NCBI RefSeq assembly: GCF_001194135.2
Contig: NC_068981.1
Location: 67,028,817 to 67,090,481, forward strand
Reading direction: 5' to 3'
DNA length: 61,665 nucleotides
DNA from: Octopus bimaculoides
Taxonomy: Eukaryota
Part shown: positions 34,995-48,158 of the stretch, piece by piece
Numbering within the stretch: the stretch's first letter is position 1
Layout: every line of letters begins with the position of its first letter
Translations under genes and position numbers: made by a program
The notes under the pieces: generated by a model
Databases searched by the model: none
The model's input: the letters and a program-made list of their open reading frames with translations, nothing else
Told to the model about the DNA's origin: nothing

Positions 34995-37980
34995 TTTGTC
35001 CTTACGGAGGGGGAAATAATTTTTGAAAAAAATATTTTGGAAAATATTTATTTTTGTGAAAATAAATTCGGAGGACAAGTCTTCTAATCTTGAGCAAGCT
35101 AACCAAAGAGCAACTGTAAAACAAGACAAAACGAACGAAAATGTGAACGAAAGCCACATAAATGCAGTAAACGGAAAAAGGAACCAAGAAGGAAAAATAA
35201 ATGCTGAAAACGATAAAATGAATAACAGAAGAGTAAACCCAACAGAAGACAACCAAAAGAAGATAAATTTTGCCCCCGCAGCCGGTGTGAGAAAAGATAA
35301 ATTGAACATAGAGCTAGATTCTCTGCGGCAACGCAGAGGTGTGTTCGAAAGGGAAGGTTTTGATGTTAAAGCCACCCTCCCTAACGAACTCATCGAAGAA
35401 ACAAAGAGGAAAATAATATCATAGAAGACAATGATAATAAAAGACAAGAAAATAGACAAGGCATCCAAAGAACAAATCGAGTTGTGTCTACAACTCATCT
35501 GGCAAGACATCGAGTTCTTGACCAGATGGAGAAGATACGCCACAGTAGTGGTGTACTTCAAAAATGAGGAAAAGGCTATAAAACACACGCTCAAACCGAT
35601 AAAAACCAATGAAGTCATTTTATTACCAACTTATATGTAGGAGAACATCCAAAATAGTTATTGAGGAAATCCCACCAGAAATAAATGTCATCTGGATTAT
35701 CTCAGCCCTTCTAATGGGGCTTGAGGATAAAATCAAGATGATTGAAGCCTCCAAAATACAACAACAGAACTGGCGGGGCCAAGGGCTAGAGACCATAATC
35801 CAAGCGGTCCCTCAGACATTAGAAGAAATTGCTGAGAACATCGACATCGAAGAAGAAACCACTTTGCGGGTAATGGTGGAGGGCAGGAAACCCAGATGCT
35901 ACGAATGTGGCGAAAAAGGCCACATTCGGGTAAACTGCCCCACCCACAAGGAGAAAGAAGAAGAGATAAAATAGGAACGAAAAAAAAAGAACAAAACCAA
36001 AAGACCGACCAGCAGAAACCTGGCACTGATAATGTTCAACAAGCTGGGGAAAAAGACAGCTGGTCGGTAGTAAGACTCCAAAAAAGGAAAAATAATAGTG
36101 ACAACCAACCCAACCCTACAACAACCAAAAGAAAAACTCAGGACACTCAACGAAAAATTATCCCACCCCACCACTATTCCCCCCAAAATTCAACAATATC
36201 AGATTCCTCCCCATCCTGTTCCCCCCTCAGCGATGAGTCCCCCACTTGCCCCTCTAGTTCGGATTTCCCACCTCTCCCAGACATTACCCCTCACCCGCCA
36301 AGCCCAGGCAATCTGTCCCCGATATCAAGTCCAAGAAAATCTAACGAATATAAGGAAATACTGACTGCAATAAACAATGATAACGAACAATTAAAAAAAA
36401 AGATTAAAGCAAATGCCAACGGCGTCAATTTACACCATTAGACTCCAGAAAATATTGCCATTTATAAAATAGATAAAATGAACTATCGCATCTTAAAAAA
36501 CTACCACCCAACTGACATGCGTCCTCTAAGACTTGATTTTAACAAATTGATGTACGAGGACCTATGTCAGAATATCATCCCACGAACCAGTGAAAAAGAG
36601 AGTACCACTGACTAAGGTAAGACCATGTCAAGCATTCACGTTGGATGTATAAATGTGCGTAGCCTGACGTCTAGTTGGAAGCAAGGACGCCTCCTAAATG
36701 ACGTCAGGTCGCGGGATTTAGATGTCGTTGTTGCTACAGAAACCCGGTTGAAGGGGCCAAGAGATCTGCACCCGCTGTTTGACGGTTACTAGAGAGTTTC
36801 ATCACTCCGTGCTGTCCTCATAGCGGGAGCGGGGTGTTGGTCCTATTAAAAAGAAACTGGGTTTCTGAGAAAAAGTTGATTTTTGCAGAGCCAGAAGGTA
36901 GGCTGGTCGTCATTGACTTGACGTTCAGCCGCTGTAAGACTATCAGACTGGTTGCAATTTATGCACCTCAAGATACGGTGCAAACTGAGTATTATCAGAA
37001 CCTAGAGAAGTTTTTTGATGCATCACATCCCTTAGTTGTGCTACGAGACTATAACACAATCTGTGATGCACGCGTAGATTATGTTGGCTCGTGTGTTTAT
37101 AGGAGAAGTAATGTTCGCTTCCAGGATCTACTAAGACGTTTTGAGCTGGTAGATCCATACAGACTGGAATTTCCGAATGCTCCATTGTGGACATGGACAA
37201 ATAGCGACGGATCTTCCAGGTCTCATCTAGATAGACTATTAATTAGAAAAGTAGATAAGAAGATAGCTAGGTGTCCACAGTTTCACATGGTCAACTACAG
37301 TGATCACAAGATGGTCACCTGTAAGTTCGACATAGATAAGTTATATAGAGGTCCCAGCTACTGGAAACTTAATGCGTCCCTTTTGGCGATTTAGGTGTAC
37401 AGAGACCGGATTAAGAAGTTAATTCAGAGGGCGTTAACCGGATCCATTATTAACAAAAAATGATGCCCTCAAGCGAGCCATTGAATATGAGCATAAGTTT
37501 AGTGGCTAGAGACGCTACAAGGGAATCAGCTCAAGTTAAGGACTAGCAATGCGAACTGTGAGAGAGATTATATGGAGGACAAAAATGAAAGGAATAAGGT
37601 CAGGCACCTTCATCTCTGGCCCTGATCTGGTGATTCTTTTTCATCTTCCATCTAAAAAGGCAAATAGAGCTGGAGAGGAGATGTTTGACTGAAGACATGT
37701 TTGGAAAAAGATGGAAGAATGTCGCACGAATGTTGGGCACGAAAGGCTCCGCGTGAATGCGATATGGTTTAAAAACACAGGTCAGTGGTAAGGCAGGGCT
37801 CGTGAGGTCTGTTATAATCCCGCCTCCACTCCATCTGCTATGTCTTATTGTGTCCTATCATCATCCGTATTATATATGATTTTTAGAATTTTAAAAAGGA
37901 CCCCAATCGCATTTCTTGTAAAATCATTCGATTTCATCGCGCTGTCCTTTCTATGTGTGTCTTTACGGATAATAAAAAAT
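34995..37980 (+). mobile_element. Tx1/L1-clade LINE with ORF1, APE and 3' end but RT deleted
   Basis: ORF1 (35023-36441, one stop and frameshifts) has CYECGEKGHIRVNC (CCHC). ORF2 from about 36626 reads MSSIHVGCINVRSL..ATETR, AIYAP, RDYN, WTW..SHLDRLL, SDHKMV, YWKLNASLL. The C-terminus REIIWRTKMKG..FHLKRQIELERRCL..FGKRWKNVA follows at 37550-37755, and AATAAA is at about 37970. Confidence 0.85.
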
Positions 37981-37988
37981 TAAGAAAC

Positions 37989-38185
37989 GTTAGCACGCCG
38001 ATCGAAAAGCGGTATTTTGTCGGTCTTTACATTCTGAGTTCAAATTCCGCCGAGGTCAGCTTTGCCTTTCATCCTTTCGGGGTCGATAAATTAAGTACCA
38101 GAATTCATACTGGGGTAGATCTAATCGACTGGTCTCCTCCCCAAAACATTTCGGGCCTTTTGCCTAGAGTAGAATAGATTACTGT
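37989..38185 (+). mobile_element. tRNA-derived SINE, 5' truncated
   Basis: gttagcacgccg..gagttcaaattccgccgaggtc..ggggtcgataaattaagtacc..cgggcctt..cctagagtagaa. Confidence 0.85.
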
Positions 38186-38594
38186 TTATGTTTTTCTTTA
38201 CATGAATACATAATCAAAGTTCCTAAAGCTTTTAAATCTCTATTGTTTCCGTACTCCTTCTGAGATTGTTTACTCTATTCATATTCTTCCGTCTTTCTGT
38301 ATAACTGTCTGTGTATCATTCTCTCTTCTTCACACGTATTATATATTTATTTCTCTATCTTATCCAGGTAGCTCACCCANNNNNNNNNNNNNNNNNNNNN
38401 NNNNNNNNNNNNNNNNNNNNNNNNNNNNNNNNNNNNNNNNNNNNNNNNNNNNNNNNNNNNNNNNNNNNNNNNNNNNNNNNNNNNNNNNNNNNNNNNNNNN
38501 NNNNNNNNNNNNNNNNNNNNNNNNNNNNNNNNNNNNNNNNNNNNNNNNNNNNNNNNNNNNNNNNNNNNNNNNNNNNNNNNNNNNNNNNNNNNNN

Positions 38595-38676
<82 letters not shown>
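38595..38676. repeat. (CA)n microsatellite after a gap
   Basis: Seen directly. Confidence 0.95.
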
Positions 38677-38682
<6 letters not shown>

Positions 38683-39084
38683 GTAAGTAAGTATATGTAT
38701 GTGTGTGTGTGTTTAAAACTATTGTATGGTTATCGGCTATTAGATGCTACCATACAGTAGGTGGGAGTCTCCTTTTCTGGATATACAAGTGGAAGTCCGT
38801 AAATATCCGTCCCTGAAGACGTGCGGATAAACAGTAGTTGTTGGATCATACTAATGCAATAATGTGCATACCCTATGTAACACTCAGCAATTACTAGCTG
38901 AGCCTGATGCGCAGAAACAATCGTAGTGAGTTGGAATAAAGACTCTTCATTCTATCTTCTTCTGTTAGTTTAAACTCACAACGTAAGGATTAGAAATTAA
39001 TACCTAAGACATTTACTCGTAGCTCTATCCACCGCTCTTTGACAATTTTCTTCCCTAATCTAATAATAATATTAATAAACGCCT

Positions 39085-39245
39085 CTAATTTAGGCAATAG
39101 GCGAGCAATTTTGAGGGGTGGGCTTAATCGATACTGTCAACCAGTTTCTTTATCACTACTTTATCAGAACCAGAGAATAAAAGGGAAAGTTGATATCGAC
39201 AGATGTGAACTCAGAATGTAGAGAGCCGGAATAAGTATCGCAATA
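39085..39245 (-). mobile_element. Decayed SINE
   Basis: gcaattttgagggg..aatcgat..gaactcagaatgtag is the reverse complement of the 30861/37989 family. Confidence 0.55.
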
Positions 39246-39332
39246 TATGATACTACCAACCAACCAACCACCCATCTCACTAAACAACCACCCAACCAAC
39301 CAATCATCATTTGCCAATCTTATGTCGTTATC

Positions 39333-39374
<42 letters not shown>

Positions 39375-39457
39375 CTATAAGTTAATATTTAAGAGATGTT
39401 TTTGTATTGTGCAAGTATTAACGCGTATAAAACGAAGCCATTTTGTTCTGATGTTTT

Positions 39458-39520
<63 letters not shown>
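39333..39520 (+). repeat. Two (TAA)n tracts
   Basis: Seen directly (about 39333-39370 and 39460-39520). Confidence 0.9.
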
Positions 39521-39521
<1 letters not shown>

Positions 39522-40199
39522 TATCAAAATATTTCTTTTATCAATTTTCTCTCCTTTCATCGATAGAACGTTGCTGTTTTGATTCTTTATTTCTGATGAA
39601 ATTGTAAAAAATAATAAATAAATAAATGAACGAAGCGTTTTTTTTTTCTGATTTCAATACCTTTTTCGCCCCGCATTTTGTTTTTCGGTATTTATATAGA
39701 AATGTTATTTGTTTATTTTATTGATCAGACATTTCACTATAATTTCCCCTTCACTCTCGTTCATTTTTTTCATCTCTATTTCTTTACTTTTCTTTTTTTT
39801 TCTTTTTTCATTATCTTGCTATGAGAACTACTTTAAGCTTTCGTTCATTGAATTGCTTTTTCTGTCATTCTCCTACTTTGTCTCTTTCTCTCATCCCCAC
39901 CCCCCGTGTCTCCCTTCATATCCTTCAGTATCATTCTGTCCTCCCACCATCATTTGTCCTATGCCATCTTTGTATGACACAGTAGCAATCCATCTCAGAA
40001 GGTTTCTTCTCTTCTTAACTCTATTAAGATGGCTTTCACCACATGATCTCTAATTCTTTCCATACAGCCTATTCTTTTTCTCTTTCTTGCTCTATCTCTA
40101 TCGTTATGTCTCCCTTTTTGTACCCAACATCGTTTCCCTTCCTATCAAAAACATTTAATTTTTTCACTCAGTTTCTTTTTCCTTTGATTTGTTTACCGA

Positions 40200-40214
40200 T
40201 TATTATTATTATTA

Positions 40215-40270
<56 letters not shown>

Positions 40271-40290
40271 GCTGTTGTTGTTGTTGTTTT
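40200..40290 (+). repeat. (ATT)n/(GTT)n microsatellite
   Basis: Seen directly. Confidence 0.9.
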
Positions 40291-40866
40291 TGTTTTTGTC
40301 ATTGTTGTGTTTTTACGATTCGATTATTTTTGCAACCAAGGTGACATTATCCTTTCGATGTTACGTGCCTATTCAGTATTTAATAAATGAGAGCAAACGC
40401 GTAGCCTTTCCGCTTGACAGCAATGTAATCAATCGCTCATAATTTAATATTAGAATTGAATTTTCCCACCACCTTATACAACTTCTCTCTCCTTACAAAA
40501 ATGTCCTTGTCATTCATTTTGGGCTGACTGAATTCTCATTAACCATGTTAATATTTTTCTGTGCAGTATCTCGAGATTTTTCTCCTTTCCAATTGCAAGT
40601 AAAAAATAATTGTACAAGAAACTATCCATTCTTTCTACATTTTTCTAATTTTTTTTATTACTTTAATACCGATAAGATGTACAACCGTTCGGTTTTGCAA
40701 GTTATTATTTATCATTTCTTTTATTTGTTGATCTATTTTCCCTACTAATTTACAAGTAGAAAAAAAGAGGTTTTTCAGCCTTTACACCTCTGAATATTCA
40801 TACTTTTTCCCTCTTTATTTTCGTATCAAACTGATGCATGAATACACTAACAAGAAAAACGGTGAT

Positions 40867-40985
40867 GCATACATACATACATACATACATACATACATAC
40901 ATGCATACATACATACATACATACATGCAAGCATACATACACACGTACATACATAGGTACATACATACAAACATACATATGCATA
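40867..40985 (+). repeat. (CATA)n microsatellite
   Basis: Seen directly. Confidence 0.9.
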
Positions 40986-43651
40986 TGAAGAACTACAATA
41001 AAAAAGTTTGTTTTATTGATAAATTTAATGTAAGGAAGGGAAAAGAGCATCAGGTTATCCATAATAGATTAACAGCATTATCTGATCAGTTCTGTTTAAT
41101 CACAGCTATTGATTTAATATAACCCCTAAACGGAATTAAAGTATTTTCATTAAATCAAATCACAATGGATTTTAAGAACCGAATCGAACATAAAATCTTT
41201 TTTCATACTTTAACACGTAACCCGCAATGAAAGTGATTAGACGGGTCCTTAAGCGATTTTAAATCAGTTATGTCAAAATCAGCCCATTCGGAAGGAAGCA
41301 AGCATAATCTATAGTCTGTTTTCGTACTGGGAATTAATCACAATCGTATGGATTGTATGAAACGATGTTAAGAGATTTTGTTTTTGTAAGGTTGATGGGA
41401 ATAGGCATTATTATTTTTTATGGGTATTAACATAAAGAGAAGTGAAGTATCTCTATGTAGAAATCGAAAGCTAGTGGCCGCCTTAGTTCGGCAAGTACAT
41501 ACCAGTTAATTAAATCAATTTCCACTGTTTTCAAGTTAAGAATCTTTCGTAGGCGACAGTAGTTCCACTTGTGGTAGTGAATGTCTGTGAATGGGTAGAT
41601 TAATGTAAAATTGACTGTCGAACACATATTTGCCATCGATAGTAATTTTTGATCCGAAGCAGATTTGGAATCCAATGGTGGTTAGGAAAAAAAACTAAAT
41701 GAATATATTTGAATCAAATGCTGTAACTGACCGTTACAATATTTAAAGAAGAGTTGAACTGAAGACTAAGTTAATACATTACATCCGTTTTACGCTCGAT
41801 GCCCAAGGCCCATTCCGGATAAAAGCATCTAGTTCAGGAATTCAATAAAATACTGATAGCAAGATACAGATAGCGATCTCTTGACCTGTTGCCTGATACC
41901 CTCCTTTTTCACCACTCACTTTCTCACTTCGTTAATAAAAGAAAATAAAAACAAACAAAAATTGATTTAATTTTTTAAAAAGTTTTCTTCTTTTCCAAAT
42001 AATCCAGACTTCATTGAGACGGTGCATCTTCTATGTGTGTAAAAGATTAAATGGAAGTCGTTGGTTGTTCGGGTCGGCATTAAAATCATCGTTCTTTTTT
42101 TAGATCAAATCCCGCCATGGTTATCTTTGCTCAACATCCTCTTTAAGTCGATGACATTACGTATCTGTCAAGTACTGACTATAGTCGTTGATTTGGCCTT
42201 GATTGAATAACATTTACTGGAGTGGATACTATAGTTCCGTAATCGTTCTTTTTAGGAAGGGCGAAAGTTAAATTTATCCGGTAGGATTCGAGTTCAGCTG
42301 TATTTTTTAGGTTTAAATCCTGCTTAGGTTAATATTTAGTGATCCGGAGGTCAAGAAAATATACACCAGTGATATTCTGTTGTTATGCAGGAGATTCAGT
42401 CGGCTATATGTCTTTCTCCTAATATGTCTGATCTTATCCAAATGAGTAAACTGTTGCAAGACTGGTAGAAACAATACAGCAAGAGACTGCGTACACTGTT
42501 GTATATAGTGCGGTCTTTTACATCTAATCACGCTAAAGTTAAAACTGTATGTATTAATTTTTTTCCGATTCAATAAGTTATGTACCAGTAATGTGTGGGG
42601 TTGATTCAATCAACTGTAAAACTCATTTAAAAAAGTCTGTATTTTATGTGAAACTTAGTAGTATAAATTCATTTCATAGACTCCACAGTCACTAATTTAT
42701 GTTAAACTTCTATGCACAATATACATTTGAGAATATGGTATAGTTTTTCCCATCATAAAGAGGAGTTAAGTGTGGGAATTTTAATACCCAAACAACATGT
42801 CTCAGGAGATATGTATTTAATATGTGAATATAATGTACAAATACAAAGTTTTTCATGTAATGCGAAGTCATATGCTCCGAGCAGAATAGTTTCCAGTAAT
42901 TAGCTCTATTTCTCGGTTTTGTCGGTTATGATTCTGAATTCCAGTGGGGCTAACTTCGTTGTTTATCCATCGTAATTGATAAAATAAGTACCAGTAATTT
43001 GCTGAATATTTAACGTAGTCGTGTATAATTCTCATAGGTAAAGTGTATATGTGTGTGTGTGTGCATCTTAAAAATAAGTCAATATTTACGTCTCACAAAA
43101 TAATTCATTTCACAAACACTGAAACTTTCATCAAATATTTTCTGTTGCGAAGCTTTCGTAAAAATTGTTGTAACGTTTTATCACTTGAAAGCCGCATCGT
43201 GTTAAGAACACTTCGATGAGAGAGTATTTAAACCATTTTAAGTCCATTTAATAGCATCAATTTAGCGATGAAAAGGTAAACAATTTTATTTTCATTTTTA
43301 CAACATTAAATGTACTCAGGTGCTAGATAATGTTGTTATGAAGACCAGTGTGTTTGTAGCCTTCGGGTAAACATTTATTGCCACTTAAATGGAAAGCTTC
43401 TTTACAGTTAAATGTGTTCATTATGATAAAATTGCAAGCACTGGGAATCTATGAGATTTTTTCCTTGCCAAAAATTACAGATAGTCGAATAGAAAGCAAC
43501 TGATAAGAATTTTTGCAATATATATCTTTCGTTTGGAAATGTTTGGTTTGATTTTGAAGATGTTTCTATACATCTCTCTGAGATTCCAATTCTTTCTTTG
43601 GTTGCACTATTTTAGAGTGTACATTGTTGCCGAGATAAAAAAAAAGACGAA

Positions 43652-43775
<124 letters not shown>

Positions 43776-43963
43776 ATACTGACTTGCGAAAGCATCTCAT
43801 AGGATATAAACATTTCCAAAACATTTATTTGTAAGATATCGTATACTTGTCTTAATGTTTGTATTCTGCGCTCCCATCAAAACAACACGTTTGCTTTCTT
43901 CTTACATAGGTGACCGATGTTCAATAAAAGCGACGCCATTGACAGAAATAGTCTACCAAACGC

Positions 43964-44001
<38 letters not shown>

Positions 44002-45741
44002 TGAAAAGGGATATATTGCATGGAGCTTTGCCTATTTCTATATAAAGGAAAATAAGTCAAAATGAATAAATATATAAATATTTAAATAACTAAATCGTTC
44101 AAATTGATAACATTTCATGAAAAGGTACGACTTATAATTCTATACATACATTTCTTTCTCTCAATAATCTCACTTTCATATTCGTATTGGAACTCCGTTG
44201 AGATTTGTTCTACTGAGTGGTAGACTGGTAATTATGAATCGAATTATAGACGTAACGGTATAAGTCATGTCTGATCTAATATCTAATAGTAGTAATAGCA
44301 AAAGTAGTATGTAATATGCAAAAGTGAAATGACCAACTAAAGTAGACATAAGAGTTTCAACTTTGTTCAAATTTAACAACATAAATAATATACTGGCATT
44401 TACCTTGCGAATTCACAGGTAAGTAGTATTACATGATATGGCGTATTGTAGTCTGTGTGTACAGTATTGCATATATGTCAACAGAGGCTACCGAGAATAT
44501 TTATTTTGCCCAGAAAGATATGACTTTAACTAATAAAATAGCAGTTAGTCCAGTCCATTATACATTCGACCATTTCAACTGTAGTGAAAACCATTACAAC
44601 CAAACAACAACGACAACAAAATAACTGATATCTTTTTATTCCAACTAATGACTCTGACATGAGTAAAATGACATATCTTTAGGGAAATTAAATTAACCCC
44701 AAAAATTGAACAGAACTTCTTTCAATTACGTCTAATGAATGAAAAACGAAGTTAACTTCGGAACTATATGCCAGAAGTTCATTGTTATAACACTTCCACT
44801 GTCTATTAATTTTGACATAGCAACAACACTGATGTTCAGGTTATAACATGGTTGGAATACACATCTATTGGCATACACACAAAGGCAAACAAGCACACAT
44901 ATAAGAAGAATGATTAAAAAGTTCTCTTTACTGTTAATATAAACTGCTTAGCAACTGAAATTAGTTGAGGACAGTCTCATCTCACTTCTCTTACTCTCCC
45001 CGTCTCTCTCACCTGCCACCACCTGAACCCATCTTCATACATTTCCCTTTCCCACTGCATTGATTAAATATTCTGGCTACTCGTTCTTTTCCACAGGTAA
45101 AGATGTCCATATATATATACATATATTATATTTTACTTCTTATGATAAATGTTTTATTTGGAATGTATATCACTTAATTACTTATTATTATGTAGAGGGA
45201 ATGCTTCTTAAACATCTTTCATTTATATTTTAAAATAACCATTAGTTTTAGTTCATACACATCTAGACTCAACAACACCATCTTAGCATGTGCTTATCTT
45301 TCATAAATATAATATGTATATCCGAATGTTATGTGACACTCACTCCATCAAGTCTTCTGTAATAATAATAATATTATTTTCTTGATGTATTCTTTTTTCG
45401 CGCTTAGGAGAATAGTAATATGTAATTAATTTAATTATAATTAAACTAATTTCTAATTTTTCTACCATGTTATTTACATGTTAATATTGCTGTTTGAAAC
45501 GATCGTATGCATAGACTAAATTATTTTCTAACTTTAACATCTTCTCTTCTCCATCTCCAACAGTTTGTTGAATTTCTATAGGATATTTGTTCTATAAATT
45601 CTCATAACACACCTTATACTTTTAGCATTTTCATATTCGCAAAATTCTTACAACAGTATGCTACCAAAGATATATGAAGAATCTTTATTAGAAATCGACC
45701 TTAGGAACTCTCTAAAGTAAAAGATGAAATAGAACTCAAAC

Positions 45742-45795
<54 letters not shown>

Positions 45796-45805
45796 TATAT
45801 ATATA

Positions 45806-45958
45806 GGCGCAGAACTAGCTGTGTGGTAAGAAGCTTGCTTCCCAACCATATGGCTCCAGGTTCAGTCCTACTGCGTTGCACCTTCGGCAAGTGTCTTCTA
45901 CTATAGCCTCGAGCTGACCAAAGCCTTTGTGAATGGATTTGGCAGACGGAAACTGAAA
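45806..45958 (+). mobile_element. tRNA-derived SINE head running into a gap
   Basis: gctgtgtggtaagaagcttgcttcccaacc..ggttcagtcc (B-box-like)..ggcaagtgtcttctactatagcc..gacggaaactgaaa. Confidence 0.8.
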
Positions 45959-46312
45959 NNNNNNNNNNNNNNNNNNNNNNNNNNNNNNNNNNNNNNNNNN
46001 NNNNNNNNNNNNNNNNNNNNNNNNNNNNNNNNNNNNNNNNNNNNNNNNNNNNNNNNNNNNNNNNNNNNNNNNNNNNNNNNNNNNNNNNNNNNNNNNNNNN
46101 NNNNNNNNNNNNNNNNNNNNNNNNNNNNNNNNNNNNNNNNNNNNNNNNNNNNNNNNNNNNNNNNNNNNNNNNNNNNNNNNNNNNNNNNNNNNNNNNNNNN
46201 NNNNNNNNNNNNNNNNNNNNNNNNNNNNNNNNNNNNNNNNNNNNNNNNNNNNNNNNNNNNNNNNNNNNNNNNNNNNNNNNNNNNNNNNNNNNNNNNNNNN
46301 NNNNNNNNNNNN

Positions 46313-47460
46313 GGTTTTCAGCTGCCGCCACCCTTAAGTTCTCTTCACCGGTCTGCAGTTTTTTGTGAAGATTGCCTCTTCATTTGGTTCGGTCGACTGT
46401 GAGATCCTCCTAGAAATTGGTGTTGATGCCAAGTGTCTTCATGTCCCTCCTACATTCGTCCCTGTACCTCAGCTCCGGGCGGCCAATGTTTCTCTGCCCT
46501 GCAACAAGCTCTCTGAAAAGGACATCCTTTGGGATTTGACCATCCTCCATACGGCGAACGTGGCCAAGCCAGCGCAGCCGATGTTGTCTGAGCAAAGTGA
46601 GCATGGTGGGGAGGCCAGCACGAGACAGAACATCAGTATTGGTTACTTTGTCTTGCCAGGAGATGCCAAGTATGCGTCGGAGGCTTCTGAGGTGAAAGGT
46701 GTTGAGCCGTTTCTCCTGGCGGGCGTACGCGGTCCATGTCTCGTTGCCGTATAGCAGGGTGCTGAGGACGCAAGCACTGTACATAACCATTTTCGTTTTC
46801 ACTGTTAGCTTGGGGTTTGTCCACACTTTTGGCGTGAGGCGAGCGAATGTTGTGGCTGCCTTCCCGATCACCTTGTCTATCTCAGCATCTAGGGGAGGTT
46901 GTCGGTGATAGTGGAACCAAGGTACATGAACTGGTGGACAACCTCGAGCTCATAGTTGTCGATGGTGATGACAGGTGGGGCCGGCGTGTCTTGACCCATA
47001 GCGTTTGTCTTCTTCAAACTGATAGTCATCCCGAAGTCTTTGCATGCCTGAGCTAAGCAATCCATCAACAGCTGCAGTTCCCTCTGAGTGTAAGTCGCAG
47101 CTGCAGCGTCATCAGCGAACAGCATGTCTCTAATGAGGACTTCACAGACCTTTGTCCTCGCTTTTAGGCGGGCAAGATTTAACAGCCTACCATCCGATCT
47201 GGTCCGTAAGTATATTCCCTCTTGTGCTGGGCCAAATACATGCCTCAGGAGGAGTGAGAAGATCCCGAAAAGGGTTGGGACGAGTACGCAGCCTTGTTTG
47301 ACACCACTGCATATGTCGAAGGGCTCGGAGATGTTGCCCTTGAACTGCGCAGTCCCTTTCATGTTGGAGTGGAAAGACTCGATTAAGCTGTGCAGTTTTG
47401 GAGGACAGCCGATCTTTCGGAGAGCCTTGAAAAGACCGTCTCTGCTGACAAGATCAAAGG
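46313..47460 (-). mobile_element. RTE/BovB-like LINE, RT and C-terminal region, relatively young
   Basis: ORFs 46889-47362 and 46410-46871 read SGVKQGCVLVPTLF, YLRTRSDGRLLNLARL, MLFADDAA, FMYLGS, LLYGNETW, RLRWLGHVRRMEDG.IPKD.L, GRPELRYRD. One frameshift near 46880. Confidence 0.95.
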
Positions 47461-47757
47461 GATGACCACTAAGTGGACATCCAATATGTTAGAAGTAGAC
47501 CCCAATATAGTCTGACCACTAAGAAAAGATTGTTCTCAAGAAAATTCAGCAAACGCCAGATTGTAAACGAGCAAGACAAATGAAAAGATACAAAATATAA
47601 TGATTAGTCACATACCAGGTTTCATTGTTACCATTTATATAATTACATACGTAAATGTCCGCGTTTGCTGAATTTTCTTGAGAACAATCTTTTCTTAGTG
47701 GTCAGACCATATGGGGTCTACATCTAGCATAATGGATGTCCACTTAGTGGTCACCCC
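47459..47757. mobile_element. MITE/foldback element with about 97-bp TIRs
   Basis: 47459-47556 is the reverse complement of 47661-47757 with a few mismatches. The spacer is AT-rich and about 104 bp. Confidence 0.85.
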
Positions 47758-48158
47758 TCTTTTATATATACATACATACATACATACATATATNNNNNNN
47801 NNNNNNNNNNNNNNNNNNNNNNNNNNNNNNNNNNNNNNNNNNNNNNNNNNNNNNNNNNNNNNNNNNNNNNNNNNNNNNNNNNNNNNNNNNNNNNNNNNNN
47901 NNNNNNNNNNNNNNNNNNNNNNNNNNNNNNNNNNNNNNNNNNNNNNNNNNNNNNNNNNNNNNNNNNNNNNNNNNNNNNNNNNNNNNNNNNNNNNNNNNNN
48001 NNNNNNNNNNNNNNNNNNNNNNNNNNNNNNNNNNNNNNNNNNNNNNNNNNNNNNNNNNNNNNNNNNNNNNNNNNNNNNNNNNNNNNNNNNNNNNNNNNNN
48101 NNNNNNNNNNNNNNNNNNNNNNNNNNNNNNNNNNNNNNNNNNNNNNNNNNNNTATATA

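Noticed and set aside
38880-38945. gctgagcctgatgcgcagaaacaatcgtag, a possible decayed Penelope hammerhead
   Set aside because: It needs two deletions to fit the core, so it is not supportable from one copy.
41427-41675. 82-aa minus-strand ORF as a host exon
   Set aside because: No motif, no convincing splice signals and no coding bias.
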